This document shows, one piece after another, positions 10,601-20,978 of a stretch of 64,000 nt of DNA. The notes beneath the pieces were generated by a model. That model saw nothing but the letters and a program-made list of their open reading frames with translations, made no database searches and was not told where the DNA came from. Numbering within the stretch: position 1 is the first letter of the stretch; each line of letters begins with the position of its first letter. The stretch lies in the NCBI RefSeq assembly GCF_964194025.1, contig NC_134474.1:4898001-4962000 (forward strand), written 5' to 3'. This DNA comes from Convolutriloba macropyga. Taxonomy: Eukaryota. A program made the translations under genes and the position numbers.

Positions 10601-13600
10601 ACTAACATTTTAACTGTTAATAATTGTCTATATGGCCTTATCGGTTGTGATCGTGGCCCTTAGTATATACGCTTAAATGGTGTAAATTATTAATTTGAAA
10701 TCCTATTTTCTCCTGTCAACTGAAACAGGTTTAATATTTTTCGCTCGTTTTAGGCGCCACAGCTGAGAAGCTGTTTCTCTCACATCAACTGGAACAACAG
10801 TGACTTCTTAAGCACTGATTTCTCAAAGTATGATTCACTCATTCTTGAAATCAGAGACGAGCTGGAGATACGAGAAACCAATATTAAAAGTTAGTCTGAA
10901 ATCTTTGACCATACCTTTTGTCTCTCTGGCCCGCCATTCAACAGCCTCTTCTGTCCCTCCCCCACTGCCCCGCCTAGACTCGCCAGCTCGCACATCTGCG
11001 TCTCGGTGCACTAAAAATGCAATGCTTAAACGATACTTCAAGAAATGTTATATATATTCTGTCCCCCTCCGCCCCCAGCCTAGTGGGCATATAATTTAAT
11101 GATATTTTACATAGTAACGTGCTATATAACAACAGATAAATTGTAATTTTGGATATTAAAAACACTGGGGGGGGGGGGAAGCAGAATAGATCCGAAAAAA
11201 ATATTAAGGCGAAATTCCGGCTATTTGACGACAATTACCAAATTTTCTAGTGCACACGAGGAATCAACTGATAGTACTATTAAATTACGGAAACTCTCTA
11301 GTTTTCCTGAAATGTAGGTTCCAGAAGCAGCAGCTCAGATAATAAGGACGCTATAATTACTTGGATCATTTCTTAGGCAGCTGGTCCTGGATATAGGAGA
11401 ACGTGGTCAGTCAATCTTTCGAATATGCGTCTTCTCAACAATTTATTTCTGAATGTGGATGAGTAGGCTGCGTTTAATTGCTCTCGAACGAAGTGAGTGT
11501 CTTATTGTAAACCTGTGTCTTTTTATGAACAATTTTTGCTTGACTTGAGATTTTTGTTCTAGATCATTCTTTGACTTCTTGAGTTACTTTTTCACACTCA
11601 TTTTTGTATGATATAAGTTGCTCTCTTTGTGGAATAATGTTTGTTTATAATATAGAAGCGATAAGTATGAACTCCATTGTAGCTTACGGTTGAAGTTGTT
11701 GGGCTGACCTGGAGGTCCGGAGTTCGAACCTCAGTGGGGCCGTTTTTTGCACCCATAGAACATTTCTAATTTAAACCCTAAATTAAATTACGCCCCACCT
11801 GTTGTTCGAGAGCAATTCATTTGACGTTAGTCTGTTTATGTTTAGAAGAGCAGAGTGCAATAAAAGCAGATTTGGAGTCAAGAGAGGAGGCAATGAGTGA
11901 TCTTAAGGAACATCTTATCACCACTGAGAGGGATTGCAAGGCCTTGGATGCACGTAAGAAAAAGGTTAGTCAATTGCTTTTTAATAGCCGCACAGCGATA
12001 GCTGGGGCTATTATTGGCCTTCTCTTGGTTTTTTACAATTCAAAGAATTTGAATTGTATTGGGGCGCTGTCTTTTTTTTAAGATCTGTTCACACATTTTC
12101 ATGATTTTTGAAGTCAAATTGGAGTGGTGATTTTGGTGACGCCAAAACAGGAAGTGGAGCGAAAAAGCGAGTGGTTTTGTGGCGTGAAATTTTTTTACTC
12201 TAAATTTAAAGTAGAGTGAGAAAACGGTGTTTGAACAAAAATTTGGTTTCTCGCTAGTGGTTTTTTTGTTCACATGCGGCATTTTGACATTGATTTTCTG
12301 TTTTTTTCGTATTTTTTGATCTGATTTTTTTAAAAATGGTTTTCTCAATTCATTCATAGTCCATTCTTGGTCTAGTTTTTCTGTTTAGTTAATGAAAATT
12401 CTTTGAATTGTACGTCAGGACTTGTCCTGCTATGTTTTTTTATTTCGTCGTCATGATTTTTGTTACGACCATATGACGTCACAGCCACTTTTTGTTCATT
12501 CGTTCATGCAATTTCAACTGAATTGCATGCGTGACGTCATTTTTCGCTCTTAGTGGAGCAAGTTTTTTTTTGTTCATGCACGTGATTAAATTTTTGGTCA
12601 CACTTTACTTACCTCACTCTCAAAAATGACTTCAATTTGAAATTGACTTTTGTTTACTTTAATTCAAAGAGATAAGGTCAAATGGGTGTGTGTCACTCTA
12701 AATGAAGGTTATTTGAGATCAGCTAATAGAGGCAGCAAAAACTTATACAGATTTTTAATCAAAATATAACAGATCAGCCTTCAATGAAAAGACGAATTTT
12801 TTTGCTCTGTCTTTTTTACTGTTTTTTTAGACTACCGATCTACGAATCTATTGCGGCTATTTTCTGGCAATCTGCCAGCTATGTTTCAACTGCTAACACA
12901 GTCACCAAAACTTTATTTGATGAAATTAGGTCGTGAGAAAGCAGGAATGACTGAAGTTAAAAATTTCTTGGGATCATCTTCACACTTATCTGATCTTCAC
13001 AACACTTGGGATGATCTTGGGTTGATCTGCACACTTTTTTCTGATCTTCACACCTTTTATATTCACACTTGGGATGATCTTCGCACTTAATTTGCTGTTT
13101 CAATTGCTCTATATCGAAGCTTTGAAGCAATTATTGTAAGCGTATGTCTTTTTATGCAAAGTTTTAGCCTGTCGAGGTTTGCGCCTTTGTTCTAGAACAT
13201 TCCTAAGCTCGTGTGAGTGATTTGACCTCCTAATTGACTGTTTCACTCTTGACTTCTTTATTTTTGCGTGCTCAATTTCGCCTGATCTATAAACAATATC
13301 TGCAAGAGAAATTCTTAATCTTGAAAACCTAATTGTATAAACAGAATTTTAATTTCTCTCAAACAACAAAGTTTGTAGAACTTATATTAGTCCTCGTGTT
13401 GTCTTTTTTGCAATTTTTGATTGATCAGTTTTTGCCGGATGCTTTTGACTCTTTGTTCTCACAAGCGGTATAAAAACAAAGTTGCTGAGCTTCAATAGTC
13501 TCTAAGTGTACAATTCACCAAGCTGCAAAGAAGGCTTCAATCAATTGTGTGAATGACAGTTGTGGCGGTTTGGACCTCCTCGCTCGCCCTACCTCCTTGT

Positions 13601-16600
13601 CCAACTCCCATGTAATTCTAACCCAAGTTTGACCCCCCCTTAAACCCTGATACATCCACATCACCCTCTACAGCACCCCGCGCTCCCATCCCAGTTCTAA
13701 TGGCAAAAATCTGCGTTGAAGTTTCCTTGTATGTGTATAAAGATTTGTGGTTAATGTGACCGATTGTCATCCGGAAGATCACTTGTTCGAACTTGACCAT
13801 TGTCGGATCTCTTTACATCCACAAAAATGTATCCAGACGAAACTTCCCCTCCGCTTTAAATTGCCCCGTCTGTGGTTTGAGAGCAATTTGCTCGACGCTA
13901 GTTGGTTTATGTTTTCCGATTGGCTCGACGCTTTTCCTGTTGCTCGAGTCACAATTTCTTATTATTTACTTCTGGCTTACCTCCTCACTGTTCGGACTAA
14001 TTCGAATTTGGGTTCCGCTCAACCGATTGAACTCGTTGTGCAATACAAACGTATCTGGATATACCAAAAAATCTGGAAATAATGACTTATTCTGAGTTTA
14101 GCATATTTGTCTATGCTAATAAAACTGTAGGTGAAAATGAAACACTGTTTCTATCACGCCGTTGGTCAATTGGGTCAGCTATGGTTAGTTTCCAGGATAA
14201 TATGCTTGATATGTTTCAAGTATTAAGTCCAGGTTAACTTTATTGCTCATGAAGAAATAACTGGATGATTGTTTTTTCAGCATGAAAAGAATGTGAAGAA
14301 AATTGAGAGTCTGATGGAGAGAACTGTTGAATTGAGAAGGAAGAAGAATGAGGAATTGCAACACTTGTTCACCCAATTGGAGACGCTCTTTCAAACTATA
14401 GAGGCACTGGAACGCCAGCAGGTTGCTTTGGATCGTTGTGAGTTGCGATTTGATTTCGTTTTTGAATTGTGCCATTTGCGAAGTCTTTGTCATGGCCTTC
14501 AATTGGTTTTAACCCAGCGTTGCTGTTTATTGATACTAGAAAAGATTTGCTGAATAAAATTAGTTTAAATTTTCTTTCTTGAGCATGTTTCTACCTTTTA
14601 AACGTCTGAAGTGTATTTGTCTTTCAACTTTTGCCTATGTTTTGGATAAGTTGAGGAGTATTTGTAAGGGTTCTACTTCTCTTCACCCCTATTCATTTAG
14701 CCCCCTATCATTTAACCCCGATTTATTCACCCCTCTATCTATTAACCCCTCTATCATTTAACCCCTCTATCATTTTATCACGCCACTTAGCAGTCGACAT
14801 TAAAGGCATGTTTTGTCAAAATTAAGAGGATAAATTAATGCCATGTTCGGTTGTGATAGTTTCATATCAAGTCCCACGGGCCGCTGAGGCATGGCCATGG
14901 CCCGCGAGGCATGGCCAAATGATTATATTGCTAATTTAGTTATCCTTATTTTATAGAAAGATTAAAATCGGGGTGAAATGATAAGAGGGTTAAAAGATAG
15001 AGGGGTTAAATGATACAGGGGTGAATACATCGGGGTCAAATGATAGGGGGTTAAATGAATAGGGGTGAAAAAGCGGGACACCTTTGTAAGCACCGCTTAA
15101 ATCTTATGTTTAGAATAACTTTCAGTCTTTAGGGGCATCTTTGAAAAATATAATCAATTGCTCTCGAACGAAGTTTGACGCAATTATTGTGAACTTTTAT
15201 GCAAAATTTTTGCTTGACCGTTTTGGCTTTTAGGGCGTGACTTTTACGCCCTCGAATTTTTTGTTCTCTGCTAAAAGTCAACTGAAAAGTGCGTCAAAAT
15301 TGGTGGTATTTTTTCACTTTAAAAATTAATAGTGGATGTATTTTATATATAGATTGATTCGGACAAAAGATTGATCCTTTTTCTTCATTTTTCAAAGGAA
15401 AAGAGTTATCGAAAGGACCTCAGCTGGCTTTAGTAGTCTTTGAAGAGATAGGAGTGATGAAGCTTGGGAAGACCTAAATTCCAAAGTTTAATTTTTAGGA
15501 GTTATTGTCGTTTTTATGGAACTTTTTAGGGCTTAAGTTGTATTACTGGATGGTCTTAGAGGCAATGGAATTGTTTTGTTTATTCTAGTATGATGAATTT
15601 TCGCAGCTTTTCAGTAAACTTAGCTTCTTAAGTTTTTTTAAAATTTTGTTTTCATTTTTTCGGTCTTCGGGGAGCGAGCGAATGTGTTCAAGGGAGTGCA
15701 AATGAGTTACTGAATAGTTTCTAGTGGCAAGCGGGTGGTTTTGAGGACCTTTAGTGCCTTCCCAAAAAAAATTAAAGTTATTTAAAAGTTTTCCGAAAAT
15801 TATGGTAATTTTCCAAGTTTTTCGACGTGTAGAGGCCAACGAAGTTTTTTTTCAAAAATGCATGAGCTGCTGCGTATATCAGTGGCATCAACTTGGTTTG
15901 GAAGATATTAGCAACTTAAGGGACCTTTATTAACAACTTAAGGGACCTTTATTAACAACTTGAGGGACCTTCTGTAGTTTTGGCTCTGTCAAAATTTTGT
16001 TCGCGCTTACTGCTTTTTGATATTTTTGAGCTCAAACTAATGAAATTTTGACATTTTTCGTCATTTTTTAAAGATTTTGTAAGATTGGTCTTAAAATGAC
16101 GTCAATGTTTATTAGGGATTTTGCAAGACATAATTTTTTTGTTGATTTTGTGAGCTATATTTTTTTGTTACGAAATCTTAAACACACAGAATGATAACGA
16201 ATCTGACATTTGGTTTGTTTTTGAGTTTTTCGATTTATAGAGGACAATAAAACTTTTTTACGGCTTGAAGCTGGGTAAGTGAATGATTTCTAGGCAGAAG
16301 GAAGTTATTTTGAAGGTATTAATATCACTAATTTTTGCGACAATATTAACAGTTTTCAGATTTTTTGTAAATATTTTCTGCAGTTTTGGTTTTTAGCGGC
16401 CTCTGAATCTTCTATAGTTTTTAATAATAGGTGAATGCAGAGTCTCTAATGGCAATGAACTGCTTTTCAAGACATTAGTATCACGAATTTTTGTGGTTTT
16501 CAATAAAATAAGCCATTTTTTTTTCAAGTTTGTTTTGAATTGTGGCCACTCATTTTAGGGGCCAATGAAAATCTTTCAGCGCTTGAAGTTGTGATGTCTT

Positions 16601-18071
16601 TCAGAGCTTGAAGTTGTTAGCTTGAAGTTTTCTAGAGAAAAGATGTTTTGATTCTAATATAAAAAATTTTTTGGCTGTCTTTTAAATAAATGTTGCAAGT
16701 TTTCTGTGGAAAATTTTGGCCATATCGGTTTTTGGTCCCGGGGACTGTGAAACTGCTCTAGGGTATGAAAATAATTTATTGAAGAGTTTCTAGTGGCAAG
16801 AAGATAGCTTTTTGTTGTTATTATTGCGAAGTTTGGCGTCTCGCAATTGAAAACTTTTAGGAGCTAACAGAACAATTTTTTTTCAGAACTCGTGCATGTG
16901 TTGCTGCGTATCTCCGAGGCATCGTCTTGTTTTGGAGGATTTTATTGTGAAAAGTTTGAGGAACTTTTTTGTAGTTTTGGCTGATTTTCCTAAATGTGCA
17001 ATTTAGTCGCATTTTAATTTTAGCAAAAAAAAGGGGTTTTGAAGGCAAAAGTATAGCGAATTAGACCGTTTCGCACCGATTTTTCGGAAAGTTTCTGAGT
17101 GTTTCATGTTCTTTTTAAGTTTTCTGATCTGATGTTATTGAAAATTTTTTAAGCTTGGCACTGGGGACATGCTTAAATATCATTCTGGTTCTTGTTTTGA
17201 AAAAATTTGTACCAGAAGCTCTTGTGAAATTTAGTAGGCCCATTTAATTTCTTTGATTGTTAAATTCTAAAATTTTGATTGCTTTCTCTAAATTGTTAAA
17301 ACTGTTTTTGGCTGGCGTCAGTCAATTGATCTCCTGGTCAGATACATAAATTTTCAGTTTCCCCTTCAATTAACGGCTATTTTTTCGCTTTACATCATTT
17401 TTCTTCTTTTGACATTTTGCATGAAATCTTTTTGACTTCTCTAGGCAAGTTTCAATCTTTGCTCATTCTTCTCAAAGTGCTTTTAAGCAGCAGTTGCTCA
17501 ACAAAGAAATCTGAAACGAGCGGAGTCATAAAAAGGAGTTAACAACAGAAACGGAATAAACCCATAAAGCCCAATTTTAGATAATTGCTACTTTGATCTC
17601 ATGAGTCTTTGTTACTATCTCTTATGCTTATTTGTATTGGTACGTACTATATCACTGATACGCTATTATCCTCTCATTAAGTAACAGGAGAATGTAACAG
17701 GACTATGAAATGAAATAAAAGATCTTTCTTGACTTATGTTTTTGTACAATAATCAATTTGCATTTATTTTTCTGTCTTTTCAATCGCAATCGGGGTTATG
17801 CGAATCAGCGGTGGCTTTTTTTCAGCAATCTACCGGAAATTTCTATTTTTACAGAAAAATTGGGTTATACTAAAACTAGACATTATTTTTCCTAAACGAA
17901 ATAAGCATAACCAAAGCGGCGTCGTGCCATTCGTTGGAGACCAATTCGTCCTGCGTTGAGAGCAATTGGTCAAATTTTTGTCGGTTCAGTCTTTAAATGT
18001 GTTGATCGTGTTGTTTTGTTTCAGTTGACAAGCATCTTGACTACCTAGCACGTGATGCCGCCTCAAAGTGA
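4682..18071 (+). CDS. NDC80: Kinetochore protein NDC80/HEC1 (10 exons, ~435 aa)
   Basis: Phase-consistent GT-AG exons: 4682-4937, 5428-5637, 7612-7752, 8713-8841, 9061-9206, 10754-10827, 11377-11405, 11846-11964, 14281-14437, 18025-18071. CH-domain motifs DPIVKDKD..KIASSLAKFF and LKTLDYPYAVHKSS...SWPYNLAILAFL (cf. Ndc80 LGYPFALSKSS...TWPH), then coiled coil. AATAAA at 18092. Confidence 0.85.
4973..5397 (+). mobile_element. HINE family A in NDC80 intron
   Basis: 5' AATTGCTCTCG..AGCAATT; 3' TTCGAGAGCAATT + CCGAC..TCGG + TTATGTTT; near-identical to 21504-21880. Confidence 0.8.
6805..7105. mobile_element. Degenerate foldback MITE, same family as 14669-15082
   Basis: CCCCTCTATCATTT sub-repeats in both orientations and a shared internal core (TTAGCAGTCGACA...GGTTGTGATAGTTTCATATCA...GCTGAGGCATGGCC). 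Confidence 0.65.
9592..9962 (+). mobile_element. HINE family A with tRNA-like module
   Basis: Both termini present; A-box-like TGGTGCAGTTGG (~9825) and B-box-like GATTCGAATCC (~9869). Confidence 0.75.
10142..10450 (+). mobile_element. HINE family A
   Basis: 5' AATTGCTCTCGAACGAAGCAATT; 3' degenerate subterminal repeat + CCGACGTTAGTCG + TTATGTTTT. Confidence 0.75.
11473..11843 (+). mobile_element. HINE family A with tRNA-like module, abutting an NDC80 splice acceptor
   Basis: 5' AATTGCTCTCGAACG; B-box GAGTTCGAACC (~11720); 3' TTCGAGAGCAATT...TTATGTTT directly followed by the acceptor AG at 11844-11845. Confidence 0.8.
11981..12886 (+). mobile_element. HINE family B (complete)
   Basis: 5' AATAGCCGC...GGCTATT; 3' GCGGCTATT + CTGGCA-ATC-TGCCAG hairpin + CTATGTTT; highly similar to 43461-44360. 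Confidence 0.8.
13100..13915 (+). mobile_element. Diverged HINE family A
   Basis: 5' AATTGCTCT..AGCAATTATTG; 3' TTTGAGAGCAATT..CGACGCTAGTTGG TTTATGTTTT. Confidence 0.65.
14669..15082. mobile_element. Foldback-type MITE with an 8-bp target-site duplication (Merlin/Mutator-like)
   Basis: GG...CC termini, ~110-bp inverted arms made of CCCCTCTATCATTTAA sub-repeats, and flanking direct repeat TTTGTAAG (14661-14668 and 15083-15090). Confidence 0.8.
15155..17990 (+). mobile_element. Large composite HINE (family A ends, nested family-B-related interior)
   Basis: Family A 5' end at 15155 and degenerate 3' end at ~17955-17990; 17300-17830 is homologous to 41660-42230; degenerate internal repeats. Confidence 0.55.
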
Positions 18072-19371
18072 CACACTGCCCGATTTAATGTAATAAAATG
18101 TGAACGAATCACCGAAGATTGGCATAATCTGATATTTATTTGTGGCTAATCAGTTTCCTTGATATTGTGTTTGTTTCTTATAATTGTGAATTTTGCTCAA
18201 TTTATTACTTGAAACCTTTGCGTAGTTTAATTATCAGAACTTAATGATTTGTGCAGTAGATTGCATTATTTTGTTTGTATACTTTAGTAGCGGATGAATT
18301 CAATGTCTTTTTAACGATTAGGTTGGGTCTTGTGTTGTGGTTCTGAATCATCTGAAAGCTCCAGAATAATCAGATCTCGAGACGGAAAAATATCATCAGC
18401 CTCATGATAATGAAATGTCGATATTTAGTTTGTGCCATTGTAGCTCGAAGTTGCAAGTTGAGCTTAGCTATTTTATTGCGGTGATCTTGGTTTCTTATAA
18501 TTCAAAAAGTTGAATTATATGGGGTGCTGTTTCTTTGCGAGTGGGTGAGGAGTATTGGAGGAGTGTCTTTTTTAATCAATAATTTTAAGAACTTTTAAGA
18601 CCCAGGGGAGTGGGCGGAGTATCTTGTTCATATCGCTATTTTGGAGAGAGCTAAGAGTTTAGGTGCAAAAAATCTGAGCTAGTGGTGGGGAGACCTTTAG
18701 ATGCAATTTTTTGAGCCTTTTTGTCACTGTTCTAAACGCTTTCTATTATTATTATTCATGTTTGGTATTCTAAATTCTATGTGAGTTCTTTGTGCGACCC
18801 CACGAGACCCTGATGTCTAGGCATAGATTTACAGTGCGAAGAGCTATTTTATACGGTAAGGGTACCCCTTCACACTTAATCAATTTTGAGTCTTTTTGTC
18901 ACTGTTCTTCACACTTTGTGTCTCCCACCATGGGTTTGACCCCTCTCTGTAAAGATGGGCTTAAGGTAGCGACTACGAAAGGCAACCGCTCGCTATTTGT
19001 TTGGGAGCAATTCGTTCGACCGACGTTAATCTGCTATGTTCCTTTTTTTTGCTCAGATGTGACTGTTTTAAAGAGGTTATACGATTTTTAAGAGGTTTTT
19101 GTTGTTTTGTAAAGAGTTTTGTAACAACAAATTAATTACCTTTCAGTTTTTTCGCCTAGTGCTTGATTTTTTTTCGCTTTTGTGGTTTTTTAATGGAGCT
19201 TACTGCGCCGTCTGTCATGCGCTTAATCAACGGTCAAGAGCACGATTTTGACTTCGTAACTTTTTGAGAATTTTCCTTATAAAATGTTCGACTATTTTGA
19301 ATTGTTTCCTGTTCCCACTGTTCCGTTTTGCATTCTCTTTTGTTTTCTTAGTTTATTTGTTAGTTTTTTGA

Positions 19372-19770
19372 TTAATTGCTCTTGAACGAAGTTCATAGCA
19401 ATTATTGTAAACGTGTGTGTCTTTTTTTATGCAAATGTTTCGCTTGACCATTTTGCGTTTTTCTTCTAGAACATTCTTCGACTTCTCAAGTGACTTTTTT
19501 ACGCTTTTGTTCATCTTTTTTGAGTGATATCTAGTGCTCAGAAGTCGCTAATATGAATGCAAAATCGGTTGCAGCAGAGCGAAATTTTGTGACTCGTAGC
19601 GCAGTGGTTAGTGCAGGTGGCTATGGAGCGAGAGGTCAGTGATTGAATCTCGGTGGGGTCAAAGTTTTTTTGCACCCATAAAGAAAAATTGATCTAGACT
19701 AAAGACCATGAATTAAATTACCTCGCCTCTCGTTCAAGAGCAATTCTTCCGACATTTGTCGGTTTATGTT
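19372..19770 (+). mobile_element. HINE family A with tRNA-like module
   Basis: Subterminal repeats AATTGCTCTTGAACGA / TCGTTCAAGAGCAATT, hairpin CCGACATTTGTCGG, end TTATGTTT. Confidence 0.85.
19591..19661 (+). pseudogene. tRNA-derived sequence inside a HINE
   Basis: GACTCG...GGGGTCA acceptor-stem remnant, A box TAGCGCAGTGG, degenerate B box; no intact anticodon arm. Confidence 0.6.
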
Positions 19771-20978
19771 TAATCATGTGGGCCATTTTTGGTTCAAGGT
19801 AGCGATAATGTTACCGTATTTTCGGAATTAGTGTTTTGGAGCAGCAGCTTGTGGAGAAATTCTGAAAAAAGTATCCGATTTTTCTTATTTTTAAGTGAAT
19901 GCTGTAATTGAGTACATAGTTTTACCAGGCTGCGACTATTGTCGTTTGCTTGGTTCGAGTTGCTTTGAGTCGATCCTGGAGTCTTACAGTTATGTTTTTC
20001 AGAGATCTTTTCATACAATAAGCCTTTTGACGTCAAATTGGAGTAGGGATTTTAGTCACGCTGTAGCATTTAAAAAGCGACTATTTCTCGAGTTCGAGGT
20101 TTTTCACGATCGTTTTTAAAGTTAAGTGAGGAAACGGTTACTTATTTTTTGTGTGTTTTGTAGAATTTATCTCAACGGTTTTTATTTGTTCTCAATCAAA
20201 TCGAAATCCAGTTCTTTACTTGCTCAATGAAAATTCTTTCATTTTTAGCGGAGCAAATGTTCTTTCTGTTTCGTCTAAAGTTTTTTTTCGATTTTTGATT
20301 TTCATGCAACAGAATTCAAAAGAGTGGTTTTGTTCACCTGTTCTTGCCGCTCTTCAGCCACTTTTGTCACTGACACCATTTAGTACGATCTTTCGCGACG
20401 AGCTTTTCAAATGCAGTGATTAGTTGTTTCGTCATAAATGAATTGTATCGCCCTCAGATCAATTGCGAGAGAAGTCTGAACAATTTTTCGGCTTCGCAAT
20501 TTTCGTACGACCGAGTTTTTGTCTGGACTTCTCTAGTCTGACCATTTGCGTGTTCATCCTTAAACAGGTAAAGCCCTGAGGGAATTAAGTTGCTGAGAAG
20601 TTCTCTCAGAGACTTACGACTAAGCTAGTCGCTTAAGTGCGATTCACTGAAACTGTCGAAGGGACAAATTCATTGTCCTAAGGACCGAGTCCTAGCCCCC
20701 CCCCCCCCCCGCCCCACATTTCCAAAAAATGTCACTCGTTTTTAAACTTTTGTTATGGCAGCGTTCTATAGAAAAAATTGCCAATTTAGCGGTCGAGCAT
20801 CCATGTCTGGAATTTCGTTTTGTATAGTTTAGGAGGATAACAAAACTAGTAAAGGCAGAGCCTTGAGAGGATGCAAAACAATTGAGTAGCCGGTGTAGAG
20901 GAGATGCTAACCAGTCTCAATTATGCATCAAAAAATTGTTCTAAAATAAGTTTTTGCTTTTAGAGCTGTTATGTTTTC

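Noticed and set aside
11318-11376. Alternative NDC80 acceptor at 11317
   Set aside because: All frames hit a stop; the acceptor at 11376 gives the correct phases
12040-12357. Recurrent minus-strand ORFs (also 39421-39800 and 42295-42483)
   Set aside because: Antisense of T-rich HINE-B repeats; the frame is not conserved between copies
15912-15971. 22-bp tandem repeat (~2.7 copies) and the (GA)n tract at ~5850
   Set aside because: Ordinary local slippage repeats
19591-19661. Functional tRNA gene (also 49478-49551)
   Set aside because: Anticodon and T arms do not pair properly and the sequences are embedded in TEs
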